DNA of 64,000 bases. Origin: Eledone cirrhosa (Eukaryota). Where the stretch lies: positions 91,140,001-91,204,000 of the forward strand of contig OZ024746.1 in assembly GCA_964016885.1 (NCBI GenBank), read 5' to 3'. Position numbers and translations under genes: made by a program. Below the pieces are notes generated by a model. It was given only the letters and a program-made list of their open reading frames with translations, searched no databases and was not told the DNA's origin. Positions 39,001-53,652 of the stretch are shown here, piece by piece. Position 1 is the first letter of the stretch. The number at the start of each line of letters is the position of its first letter.

Positions 39001-42000
39001 AAAAAATTTAGTTTTCTGAATGGCATACCTAATTTCAAAATTTCCTTGAATTTTTCAGGAGTGCGGCTTGTCTTATGATAATCCACATCCTAAGTGATCC
39101 ACCTTATGATGAGCTACATCCTATTCGGCCCACCTTATGTTGAGTCACATCCTATGTGGTCCACCTTATAACGAGCCACATCCTATGTGGTCCACCTTAT
39201 GTTGAGCTACACCCTATGTGGCCCACCTTAAATTGAGCCACATCCTATGTGGTCCACCTTATGTTGAGCTACAGCCTATGTGGCCCACCTTATGTTGAGC
39301 CACATCCTATGTGGTCCACTTTATGTTGAGCCACACCCTATGCGGCCCACTTTAAATTGAGCCACACCCTATGTGGTCCACCTTAAATTGAGCCATACCC
39401 TATGTGACCCACCTTAAATTGAGCCACATCCTATGTGACCCACCTTAAATTGAGCCACATCCTATGTGGCCCACCTTAAATTGAGCCACATCCTATGTGG
39501 CCCACCTTATGTTGAGCCACACGCTATGTGACCCACCTTAAATTGAGCCACATCCTACGTGACCTCATGTATGATGAGCCACATCCTATGTGACCCAACG
39601 TATGATGAGCCACTGCTCAAAAAAGGTTGCCCATGTCTGATCTACAAAGTCAATTAACAAGCTAGAAATAGCAGCCACATCTCCCTGAAATCATATGCTA
39701 CCATCTGAAAAAAGGGTAGAACACATCAAAGATGTAGTCCAGGGTACAATATACCTAGAAACTAGTTCAGGAGTTTACAAAACTATTTCAATGGACTTAT
39801 AGCAACTTCAAAATGGAGGTCAAAAATAATTTCTTATTTCAGAGTAAAACCTAAGAAACTTTATAACAGCAATAACACGTGTGTGAAACAACAAACACAA
39901 AAGCTTCTGGATCCTCTATACCAACCATGGGTAAACTGCAGCCTGTGGGTCACATGTGGCCCATTTGGATTTCTGAATGGCATGCTTAATGAAAAATTAC
40001 TTTGATTTTTTTTTAGTAGTGTGGCCCACCTTATGATAAACAATATATCATATGACGCACTACTGTTCAATAAAGGTTGCCCATGCCTGCAATAACTTAG
40101 CTTGCTAGAAATAGCAGCCAAATCTTCCTCAAATCAAATCACATCCTACCATTTCAAAGAAGGAAGTATACACTAGAAAATGTAATAATAAATGTCTTTG
40201 ATGAGAGGATTTTCTCAGTCGGCATTCATTTGACACTAAACAACAACTACTGAAATTTAAATTCTGTGAATCTTACCCTTTCTTTGGGAACACAGCAATT
40301 GCTCGTGGTTCATCCAGATCTTTGGAAATTAGAACACGTCTGCTCGACCCATCGATGCGGGCAACTTCAAGCACATCCCGACCTGTAGCAAACAATCAAA
40401 AATTGAAGGGAAACAGAATTAGATTTCTTGTTTTTGTTCTTGTAAGGAATTAATAATACTGGTCAACAAAATGTTGCTTTTCTTCTGCTGACCAAAGTTT
40501 GAGACCCCTGTTCTGGAGTAATTTGGGGCTCCTGAGTTTTAAAATTACAATACTTTTTTTCTATCACACCAAGTTTTCACTTGGCCAACAAGGAGGGTAT
40601 ACAAAATATCTGTGTTTCCTCTGTTTATGAGATAGCTGAGTGAAAGACAAACATGAACACCTGATGTGTTAGAGGAATAATAGAGGCCATATTTGAAATC
40701 AAGTCCTCAAAATTAGCTAAAAACAACAACAAAGTTAGTAAAAAGTGTGACCAGTGTTATTAACTCAATGAGGGAGTTCTTGGTAGTCATACAGTCTGAA
40801 GAAAACAACAACCTTGGGTTGAAACCAATGAGGGAGCCTCTTGGTAGTCATACAGTCTGATGAAAACAACAGCCTTGATATATATACACACATACATACT
40901 TACATTAGCCAAAATCTGCCCAAAGGGTTGTATTTTGTCTAGTGCTGGGGGCCCAACCTTTTTGCATGAAAGGGCCACACATTATCCATACTATTGAAGA
41001 CAGTTCATATTTTTATGACGACTGACTTGCACTTAAAATTGCTGTGTTTTCAATCAAAACTCATTGGACACACATGTTTTTTGAGAAAGTCTTTTGAAGT
41101 TTGTCATGTTATCTTTATGTTGAAGGATATAGAGAAAGATCATACACATGCATGTATATATACATATGAAGTGTGAAGGACAGACAGAAAAACAGGTTTC
41201 CTTTTATAATATAGATTATTACTACTACTACTACTACTACTTTGCAAAGTAGTTAGAATTTATATAAAAATTGGTGCAAATATTTGAAACGTAGCACAAA
41301 ATCCTGTTATGCTGTTGCTGGCTACATGCAATCTGCTGGATAAGAGCAGGATTCTTATTTTGTCCTCAGGGCTGCACTGGACCTCCTTAACCCTTTAACA
41401 TTTACATTATTCTATGCTATTATATTTTCAGTCAAGGCTTTACCTCACATAACATTTACATTACTCTATATATACTATTGTATTTTCACAGTAAAGGCTT
41501 TACCTTACATAATATCTCACATAACATTTACATTACTCTATATATACTATTATATTTTCACAGTAAAGGCTTTACCTTACATAATATCTCACATAACATT
41601 TACATTACTCTATATATACTATTGTATTTTCACAGTAAAGGCTTTACCTTACATAATATCTCACATAATATTTACATTACTCTATATAAACTATTGTATT
41701 TTCACAGTAAAGGCTTTACCTTACATAATATCTCACATAATATTTACATTACTCTATATAAACTATTGTATTTTCACAGTCAAGGCTTTACCTCACATAA
41801 TATCTCACATAACATTTACATTACTCTATATATACTATTGTATTTTCACAGTAAAGGCTTTACCTTACATAATATCTCACATAACATTTACATTACTCTA
41901 TATAAACTATTGTATTTTCACAGTCAAGGCTTTACCTCACATAATATCTCACATAACATTTACATTACTCTATATATACTATTGTATTTTCACAGTAAAG

Positions 42001-43188
42001 GCTTTACCTTACATAATATCTCACATAATATTTACATTATATATACTATTGTATTTTCACAGTCAAGGCTTTACCTCACATAATATCTCACATAACATTT
42101 ACATTACTCTATATATACTATTGTATTTTCACAGTCAAGGCTTTACCTCACATAATATCTCACATAACATTTACATTACTCTATATATACTATTGTATTT
42201 TCACAGTCAAGGCTTTACCTCACATAATATCTCACATAACATTTACATTACTCTATATATACTACTGTATTTTCACAGTAAAGGCTTTACCTTACATAAT
42301 ATCTCACATAATATTTACATTACTCTATATATACTATTGTATTTTCACAGTCAAGGCTTTACCTCACATAATATCTCACATAACATTTACATTACTCTAT
42401 ATATACTACTGTATTTTCACAGTAAAGGCTTTACCTTACATAATATCTCACATAACATTTACATTACTCTATATATACTATTGTATTTTCACAGTCAAGG
42501 CTTTACCTCACATAATATCTCACATAACATTTACATTACTCTATATATACTACTGTATTTTCACAGTAAAGGCTTTACCTTACATAATATCTCACATAAT
42601 ATTTACATTACTCTATATATACTATTGTATTTTCACAGTCAAGGCTTTACCTCACATAATATCTCACATAACATTTACATTACTCTATATATACTATTGT
42701 ATTTTTGTGTTAAAGACTTTACCTCACATAATATTGAAGCTAAGAGATTTTGATGTTATTTATTTTGAGAACAATACCTTAACATCAGTATGAGTGGCCA
42801 GTTACAGCAGGTTTGAAGAGAAAGAGGTGAAAGAATTCTGGCCAGATACAGCCGGTTTAAATGCTAAAGGGTTAAGGGCAGCATGCAGCCCTGGGGCCAC
42901 AGATTAGGGCTCCATGGTACCGCGAATAACCAAAACTTACCAGTGTCTGTCCAATAGACATTCCTTGCAACCCAGTCAACAGCTAAACCATCGGTTGTTG
43001 ATAAACCTTTATGTACAATTTCCTCCATACTACTTCCATTCAGACTAGCTCGCCTATAAAGAACAGGAAATATAGAAATATAATCACTGTGTTCAACATA
43101 TTGGACAATATTTCTCATGAAATCAATATGATAGATAAATGTAGCTTAGTTCCGCAATACAACTTATGCAAATCTATGGTTGATGTTT

Positions 43189-43220
<32 letters not shown>

Positions 43221-46200
43221 CTGTGTATGTCTGTGTATGTGTGTATATGTGTGTGTGTGTATGTGACTGTGTGTGTATGTGAGTGTATGTGAGTGTATGT
43301 GAGTGTGTATATGTGTGTGTGACTGTGTGTGTGTATATGTGAGTGTATGTGTGTGTATGTGTGTGTATGTGAGTGTATGTGTGTGTGTGACTGTCTGTGT
43401 CCATGTGTGTATGTACCATATGAATGTGTGACTGGCAATACATTAATATATATGTGTGTGTGACTGTGTGTTTGTGTGTGCATGTGTCATATTTATGTGT
43501 GACTTGCAGTCCGGAAAATGCCACCCAAATCATTGTTTAAATTGTGTCTACCTAAAACAAAAGATCACCATATATATCAGACATTAAATGATGATGATGA
43601 TCACTTTTTTTGTTGACTTTTCCATGCTGGCATGGGTTTGATGAGACTTATTGAGGCAATTACAGTCTGGTACCCTTCCTGACCAGAACCCTTTTAGTTA
43701 CTTCTTACAATATTGTTGTTGGACTCCTTTATCATGACATTTGGCCTAAGGGTTAGGGTTTTGTGGTGTTTGATATCTGGGATGGGTGCAACATTGTGTT
43801 CTTGAGCAAAATGCTTCATTTCATGTTGCTTTTCCTAATAGGACTGGGGCTCCACTCTGGGATTTGAACTCATTAATACTACAAAGCATTCTATCCGACA
43901 TTCTAGTGACTTTACCAATTTTCCACCTACAGAAGTCTTAATTCATTAAAATTGGAAGCAGACAATATGGTGAGGAGACAGCCAGACCTTTGTTAGACAT
44001 AGTAACAACTGTCCAATAAATGTTGAGTGAGAGCTCCCATAATCCCAAGGAAATTGGTGGAAATCTGTTTTTGGTGTATTTTAAATAATTACACTAATCA
44101 ACACACTTTTTACTGACTTAAGTAAGTACTGACTTTTAGCTAATTTTGAGGAGCTGATTCAAATACGGTATTCATTTTTTCCCAACACATCAGATTTTCA
44201 TCTGAGTGAAACACGGGGTAAATTGCTGAATCCAGATTTGGATAACTTATTTTCTGTTGAGTTTTCTTGCTATAACCAGAAGTCTTTGTGAGACAAAAGA
44301 GCAATCTTCTGCATGGTTCTTTGGCTTAAAGAACAGGTCTCAAACTTAGGCCAGCACAAAAAAAGCAAAATTTTCTTGACCAATCTCTTGTAGCGTGGAG
44401 TCAATATAATTTTTATACATTGATTTAAAATTGTTTTTTGTCTGCATGCTCCATTTTTTTAAACAATTTAAAATTTATCTGAAGAAAACTCTCACAGCCC
44501 AGTGACATAGCTATGACGAGGTGAGTAAAAGCCACCCCTGAAAAAGTCTTTGTGAGTTTGACAAAGTACCAGATTGGTGACTGGTGCAAATAAAACCCCT
44601 GCAACTGCAATATGGTGACAGGAACCAAAAAGGACCGTTCCACATCGTCCTTCATGCAGGTTAACAAGGGTCACATTCAGGCCTTAGGTAGAGGGGCCTG
44701 TTCCAAAAATATATCGCAGTCTCCATTTTATACCACAAAAACTGGTGATGGGCCTGCAACCTGTCCTGGGAGGCATGGGATGGATGCGTATCCCAAGACC
44801 CCAAAGAGGGTCCAAAAATGGAGCAAACCTTGACAACTGGAACCTGGAACATCAATGTGTCTTGTATATCTGTAGGAAATTGATATATGTTTCTTGTTGT
44901 TTCAGATCTAATGACAGACTCATCAAGTAGACATAAATGTAGAAATGACCTCAATACATTTTCTTTATGTGGATGCTACACACTTATTCATCAAAAACGT
45001 GTAATATAATAAAGTTTGTGAGATGTACCTATAACACCTATTATAACGTTCACCTTAATTATAATTAATAATTTGGAGGGATTTAGTAAAATATCTATTT
45101 TTAATATTACGCTAGTGTTTGGAACATAACTTAATAAATGTTCTCATATAAAATTATGATTGAAAGATTTTAGACAAATACAAACAGTTTAAAATAAACA
45201 GTTTTGTATAGTAGAATCAGGGGTGGCAGTTTGATATCAGAATGGTTAATGGTGAGATATTCCACTTGACACTGAAAATCTCTAAGTTGCCTGAGTGAAC
45301 AAAATTGAAATGTCTTTGGTGTATAGCAGATAATAAATGAAAGGTAAATGGAGAATAATTTCATCAATAAATTATTCACTTCTTGAGTCATCCCTCTTTC
45401 GAACGATTCACTTTCTACCAAGTTTAGAATATCTACATTGTATGCCTGTATAAAATGGCTGGCACCAGAACAGGGACCTAGCTATAAAACCTTGCTTCAA
45501 AAAGGACCCCATTTTTGGGGTCCCACAAGGAAAACCCTTGCTTTAGTTAACACCTGTTTTAGTGGGGCAAATGTCCTTAAAAGGCTTCTTGTTGGTAAAT
45601 ATGTATAACTGAAAAACAATTGAATTAAAAAAATTTGGAATGAAATTGTTGCCATTATTAATGATTTTAAATCTTGCTGAGGTTAGCTTTGCCTTTCATC
45701 CTTACGGGATTGATAAATAAAGTACCAGTCATATACTGGGGTCGATTTAATCGACTTTCCCCTCCCTCCAAAATTCTTGGCCTTATACCTAAATCAGATT
45801 ATTAATGAGACACTAACATCTGTGTTTATAGTGTATATAGGCCATAGAACGAGGGCTGTCTTAACAACCTATAGGACCCCATGAAAAACAATGATCCAGG
45901 GTTCCTATATACACAACCACAACATACAAATATTAGCATTGGTCCCCTAGACCCAGTGGAACCTTGTGCAACTAACTGCCCAATGTGCTGATGCTTTAAC
46001 CCTTTACCATTTACCTTACTCTATATTACTATTGTATTTTCATGGTAAACACTTTATCTCAGACTAGCTGAATTACCCGGCCTTGCCCGGGTTACTGCTT
46101 ATTCAGATTAGTAAAAAATAAATGTGAAGATATGTTTTTTTTTTTCCTCATAATTATTTCAAAATATCTATATTTTATTTTTTAAAATATCAAAATTGTA

Positions 46201-49200
46201 ATGATAATAGGACTTAGAAATGAAAATCTGTCAATCTTGGAGCACCTTAGAGTAAACTATTCATTGTGTAATTTTTTGTTGCTGCCCAAATGAATAAATT
46301 GCTGCTACACACTCACACACATACTCTCCCACATACATATACTAAGACAGACACACAGAGACATACATTCACGCAGACACACGCATAGCTTTTCACCTCA
46401 TTTTTTTGTCAGTCGCCACATATGTACATGTATGTGTAGATGTGTGTGTGTATTTAATTAGGTACCTAATGAATGCGCAAACACACACACACACACACAC
46501 ACACATTCATATACAAAATGTGACATCATTGTGTTGTTTTAATCCAAATGAAAATAAAAATTATCACATACACATACTCACACATACACACACACACACA
46601 TACACACATACATCTACTAAAACAGACACACACAGACAAACATTCACACACACCTGTCTGTCATCACATATGTATCTGTATATGTTTAACTGTCTGTGTG
46701 TGAAGATAATGTGTATGCAACTTACTAAGGCTATATGTATGTATAGATGTGTATGTGTGTTTAATTCTCTGAGGCCTAACATACGTAATAAACTCAAAAC
46801 ACACACAAACTCACAGACACACTCATATACAAAATGTGACGTGGTGGCGGTGGTGTTGGGTTACTATAGTTGACTATAGAAATATAATTTTAGATAAAAT
46901 ATTATATTGTTTTAATCCAAATGAAAATAAAAATTACATGTTGACACTCCTGCGGTCTAATACTATTTGATTTGATTTGGTCCAGCCATTTGAGAATGCA
47001 TAGGAACAGACAGACAGACAGACAAAGAATTTTATATATAGAGAGATAATATCGAATCTAAGAGATTTTGATATTATTTAGTTTGAATACAATACCTTAA
47101 CATAAGTATAAGCAGCCGGTTATGGCCAGTTTGAAAAGAAAGAAGTGAGAGAATTCTGGCCGGATATCTCCAGTTTAAATACTAAAGGGTTGAGGCAACA
47201 CTGTATAGGAGAGAAGAGAATTAATTAATACATTTGATAAAAAGGAGCTTTACTCACCTGATCACATCAAGAGTAACGTCAGTGTAATAGATTTTACTAT
47301 CTTGAATGTCGAAATCTAAAGCAATTGCATTGTGTACATCTGGTAACGGAATATAGACATCTGTATAGTCATCTGAGTCAAGAGAGATCCTCCTGATGCT
47401 ACCACGACTGGCGAATAATAAATACACACTTGGCACTGAAACATAACAATGGTAAATATAGTTTACTGGAGCCAGTTAACAGGAAGTAAAGTAGTGTAGT
47501 TAGTACAAAGCATTGTGGGACATGTAACAAAAGACCGATAAATTTTGAAAAAGCTGATAGATTGGAAATACACGAAGCAGAATGGTTACCATAATGGCTA
47601 CACGCATATATCAGTGATGTAAACCAGTTAAGGAAGAACATATCGATCGTTCATTTTTGTATTGAACTGTTTCTGATCCACATTTGAAAAGAGGGTATGA
47701 GCCCTGAAATATCGTCAAAATCATTATCATCATCATCATCATTTTACGTCCGCTTTTCCCTGCTTGCAAGGGTTGGACGAGTCCTATTCAGCACAGCATC
47801 TCTCCACTTGTCACGGTCCTTCGTCATCTCCTTGGTGAGTTTCAGCGATCTGAGGTCTGCTCTCACCACCTCCGCCCATGTTTTCCGTGGTCTTCCTCTT
47901 CTGCGTCATCCTTCTACTGGGATTTCTTGGCACTTCTTTACCCAGTGGTTATCCTCCATGCGCTTCACATGTCCATACCATCTCAGCCTTCTCTCCTGCA
48001 CACCACAACTTATCCCTCTTATACCCAGTTTCTTTCTCAACTCATCCATGCTTGGTTGTTCACGCATATTGACATTGCACATCCAACAGAGCATGCTTGC
48101 TTCATTTCTCTCCAGCCGTCGCATATCTTCTGCAGTTGCTGCCCCTGTCTCACTACCATGCAGCATCAACATCTCACGCAGGCATCATATAACTGTCCTT
48201 TCGTATGCAGGGAGAAACCCTTCTTTGTCAGCAAAGGAAGCAGCTCCCTAAACTTCTTCCAGCCCGTCCTTATTCTAGATGCTATGGCCTCGGACTCTAC
48301 CTGGAGTGATTCTCTCATCTCCAAGCTCCACACTCTATCAAGTAAGATTACTCCAAAGACCAGGAGAAGTAGTGACTCTACCTGGAGTGACTCTCTCATC
48401 TCCAAGGTACCCACTCTATCAAGTAAGATTACTCCAAAGACCAGGAGAAGTAGTGACTCTACCTGGAGTGACTCTCTCATCTCCAAGGTACCCACTCTAT
48501 CAAGTAACGTTACTCCAAAGACCAGGGGAAGTAGTGACTCTACCTGGAGTGACTCTCTCATCTCCAAGGTACCCACTCTATCAAGTAATATTACTCCAAA
48601 GACTGGGAGAAGTAGTGACTCTACCTGGAGTGACTCTCTCATCTCCAAGGTACCCACTCTATCAAGTAATATTACTCCAAAGACCAGGAGAAGTAGTGAC
48701 TCTACCTGGAGTGACTCTCTCATCTCCAAGCTCCACACTCTATCAAGTAACGTTACTCCAAAGACCAGGGGAAGTAGTGACTCTACCTGGAGTGACTCTC
48801 TCATCTCCAAGGTACCCACTCTATCAAGTAATATTACTCCAAAGACCAGGAGAAGTAGTGACTCTACCTGGAGTGACTCTCTCATCTCCAAGCTACCCAC
48901 TCTATCAAGTAATATTACTCCAAAGACTGGGAGAAGTAGTGACTCTACCTGGAGTGACTCTCTCATCTCCAAGGTACCCACTCTATCAAGTAATATTACT
49001 CCAAAGACCAGGAGAAGTAGTGACTCTACCTGGAGTGACTCTCTCATCTCCAAGCTACCCACTCTATCAAGTAATATTACTCCAAAGACTGGGAGAAGTA
49101 GTGACTCTACCTGGAGTGACTCTCTCATCTCCAAGCTACCCACTCTATCAAGTAATATTACTCCAAAGACCAGGAGAAGTAGTGACTCTACCTGGAGTGA

Positions 49201-52144
49201 CTCTCTCATCTCCAAGGTACCCACTCTATCAAGTAATATTACTCCAAAGACCAGGAGAAGTAGTGACTCTACCTGGAGTGACTCTCTCATCTCCAAGGTA
49301 CCCACTCTATCAAGTAATATTACTCCAAAGACCAGGAGAAGTAGTGACTCTACCTGGAGTGACTCTCTCATCTCCAAGGTACCCACTCTATCAAGTAATA
49401 TTACTCCAAAGACCAGGGGAAGTAGTGACTCTACCTGGAGTGACTCTCTCATCTCCAAGGTACCCACTCTATCAAGTAATATTACTCCAAAGACCAGGAG
49501 AAGTAGTGACTCTACCTGGAGTGACTCTCTCATCTCCAAGGTACCCACTCTATCAAGTAATATTACTCCAAAGACCAGGAGAAGTAGTGACTCTACCTGG
49601 AGTGACTCTCTCATCTCCAAGGTACCCACTCTATCAAGTAATATTACTCCAAAGACCAGGAGAAGTAGTGACTCTACCTGGAGTGACTCTCTCATCTCCA
49701 AGGTACCCACTCTATCAAGTAATATTACTCCAAAGACCAGGGGAAGTAGTGACTCTACCTGGAGTGACTCTCTCATCTCCAAGGTACCCACTCTATCAAG
49801 TAATATTACTCCAAAGACCAGGAGAAGTAGTGACTCTACCTGGAGTGACTCTCTCATCTCCAAGGTACCCACTCTATCAAGTAATATTACTCCAAAGACC
49901 AGGAGAAGTAGTGACTCTACCTGGAGTGACTCTCTCATCTCCAAGGTACCCACTCTATCAAGTAATATTACTCCAAAGACCAGGAGAAGTAGTGACTCTA
50001 CCTGGAGTGACTCTCTCATCTCCAAGGTACCCACTCTATCAAGTAATATTACTCCAAAGACCAGGAGAAGTAGTGACTCTACCTGGAGTGACTCTCTCAT
50101 CTCCAAGGTACCCACTCTATCAAGTAATATTACTCCAAAGACCAGGAGAAGTAGTGACTCTACCTGGAGTGACTCTCTCATCTCCAAGGTACCCACTCTA
50201 TCAAGTAATATTACTCCAAAGACCAGGAGAAGTAGTGACTCTACCTGGAGTGACTCTCTCATCTCCAAGGTACCCACTCTATCAAGTAATATTACTCCAA
50301 AGACCAGGAGAAGTAGTGACTCTACCTGGAGTGACTATCTCATCTCCAAGGTACCCACTCTATCAAGTAATATTACTCCAAAGACCAGGAGAAGTAGTGA
50401 CTCTACCTGGAGTGACTCTCTCATCTCCAAGGTACCCACTCTATCAAGTAACATTACTCCAAAGACTGGGAGAAGTAGTGACTCTACCTGAAGTGACTCT
50501 CTCATCTCCAAGCTACCCACTCTATCAAGTAACATTACTCCAAAGACTGGGAGAAGTAGTGACTCTACCTGAAGTGACTCTCTCATCTCCAAGCTACCCA
50601 CTCTATCAAGTAACATTACTCCAAAGACTGGGAGAAGTAGTGACTCTACCTGGAGTGACTCTCTCATCTCCAAGGTACCCACTCTATCAAGTAACGTTAC
50701 TCCATAGCAGTTATTGTGATTTAAAATGTGATGTAAATTAAAAGAACTCACTGGATTGACACGCTTTTCTATCCTGTGTGAGGAGCAATCCCGTTGGACA
50801 AGCACAGCTGAAACCCTTTGGGTTTGGAAGACAAAGATGGCTGCATCCACCATTATTTTTACCACAACGGTTGTTTGGGTATTCTGAAATGGAACAAATA
50901 TGAATTTATACAGATGAAAATATTACTCAGCCGTGTTAACCCTTTATTTACCAAACCCAGCTCTGGTTCTATCAAATAAAACCATTTTAAAGGCTTCCAA
51001 CTTAAATTAAAATCTTCCAACATAATTTTATATAAGAACCTTACATTAAGTTACTATCTTAGTAATGAAAAAATTAGTACTTTTAGTAAAAACCTCAAAA
51101 TTCTTCATTAATTAATTAAAATAGAGTGTATTTCATTAGAAATGTGGTAATGAAAGGGTTACATTTTCAATACCAACTTGCCCAAAGCTACCCGTGTTTC
51201 TATGAAATAAAACCACCTATTTTAAAGGGTTCCTACTTAAATTTAAATCTTCCAACATAATTTGATGCATAACCTTTTGTTAAGTTATAAATATCATAAT
51301 ATTAAGATAATTAATTATTTTAGTAATTTCTTCAAATTCTTCATTAATTAATTCATATGGAGTATATTTTATTAGAAATACAGAAATGAAAAGGTTAAGT
51401 TTGGAATCATGTGATTAACAGTTCCCACTCTATGGTACTTTGGTTAGTATCTTTTACCCCAGTCTTGGAGAGATTTTGACTTAGATCAGAGGTTCTCAAA
51501 CATTAACCCCCCCCCCCCCCCCTTCACAGCTACGTAATACCCTCGGTACCTCCCACCCCATTTCCAAAGAGACCTACCTATATGAAAATTGTAAATAATA
51601 TATAATAAATAATATAATATATACTATGTATAAATAAATATTATATATTTTTTTATTTTACTATATTTATATATAATATGTATCATTTGATATATAATAT
51701 ACCATTATATCATCTCTACCACCCACCCCACCCCTTTAGGCCCCTTGACCATCTTAACGCCACCTGGGGTGTGGTATGCCCACTTTGTTAACCTCAGACT
51801 TAGATTCAGAAAAGAAATGAGTGATGCCAAGTTACCAGTTCTGTCCATGTGAACAGTTCTTAGATCCATTAGTCCAGGGATGTTACTCCGAACAACTACA
51901 GCACCATCACCAGTCATTTTATCAGCTCGGTGGATTGACCTTGTACGCCAATCTGTCCAGTAGATGTAGGGACCTGCCACTGTCAGGCCATAAGGATGAG
52001 GAAGTTTAGAAACAAGTTTTTGTCGGGCTTTCCCATTCAGATCAGAACATTCTATCACCTGCGAACAAAACAATATCAAAGAAAAATGAAATCATTCACA
52101 CTTATATACATGCATATATACACGTGTGTATGTGTGTGTGTGTG

Positions 52145-52180
<36 letters not shown>

Positions 52181-53609
52181 TGTATGTATGTATGTATAAT
52201 AATTGTTTCTACTTTTGGCACAAGGCCAGCAATTACTCAGTGCATTACTGGTACTTTATTTTATCAACCCTGTAAGGATGAAAGACAAAGTGAACCTCGG
52301 CGGGATTTGAACTCAGACCGTAAAGGGACGTAACTTTATGCTGGAAAGCATATCCGACCTTCTACCGATACTGCCAATCCACTGCCCTTATTCCCGTTCC
52401 CACAGGTATTTCTCCTTGCCAATTTAAAATGTTATGTATACATTATTATATTACTTTATTATCGTTCGTTTGTCACCACAAATTAGATATTTCCGTTTTC
52501 TCTTCAAAACAAACCACGCTGGACCCACACGCCATTATGGCTATCTATCTCACAATTTCCCTCCTGCCCACCCCCATACACCACCATAGGTTCTTCAACC
52601 AATCAAACCTCAGCAACATGTCCTCACCCATTACTAGCCATAACATATCCTGCCATTACTACTACTGTCCTTCTAGCCCTGCACCAAAGAATTTGTGTTT
52701 AAGGTTAGCTATGAATGAGCTGAGGATAATGGAACAACCCCGAATAAATACATGAGTATGAATCCACAAGGTAGCAAGAACCCTTGCAAAGCTTTAATTC
52801 AGAGACAGGAAGCATACACACTCCCCCACAAAAATCCACCCTTTCTCACGAGTAATGGCGAATGCCCAAAACTCCGGATTGGCACCATCAACGTAAGCGC
52901 AGTGAAAGGAAGAGCAGAAGAAATCACAGAGATGCTAGAGTGAAAGGAAATTAATGTATGCTGTGTGCAGGAGACTAGATAGAGAGGAGAGTCTGCTAGA
53001 ATCCTTGTAGGCAAAAATCAGTGCTATAAATTCTTCTGGGTGGGAAATGACAACAGGATGGGTGGTGTAGGTATACTATTAGCTGACGAATGGGTAGATA
53101 AAGGAGGGCCTTTTTACATCTCTTTTTACATTTCCCTCCCTTCCAACTGCTACCTGATTTTGTTACCTGGAGATTTACCCATCTGCATTGTAGAAACTTC
53201 CCAAACTACCAATATATATATATGGAGGCACATGGCTTAGTGGTTAGAGCATTGGCCTTGCAATCGAAAGGTTTTGAGTTCAATTCTCAGACCGGGTGAT
53301 GTGTTGTTTCCTTGAGCAAGACACTTTATTTCACATTGCTCCAGTTCACTCAGCTGTAGAAATGAGATGATATGGACTGGGGTCCATATCATTCCACTGC
53401 AAAGTGGACGTGTAGGTGCCACAGCAAAAAAGCACCTAGCCCACACTGTAAAGTGGATGTGTAGGCACCATGGAAAAAAAGCACCGAGCACTCACTGTAA
53501 ATGAGGTTGGTGTTAGGAAGGGCATCCAGCTGTAGAAATCGAGCCAGAATCAGTTCCCATCCCACCCTTGCAAGCAGGGAAAAAGCAGACGTAAAATGAA
53601 ATGATGATG

Positions 53610-53652
<43 letters not shown>

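Noticed and set aside
47927-50865. ORFs of 703-854 aa resembling mucin-like or membrane repeat proteins
   Set aside because: An 81-bp LINE-derived array inside an LRP4 intron, open in three frames.
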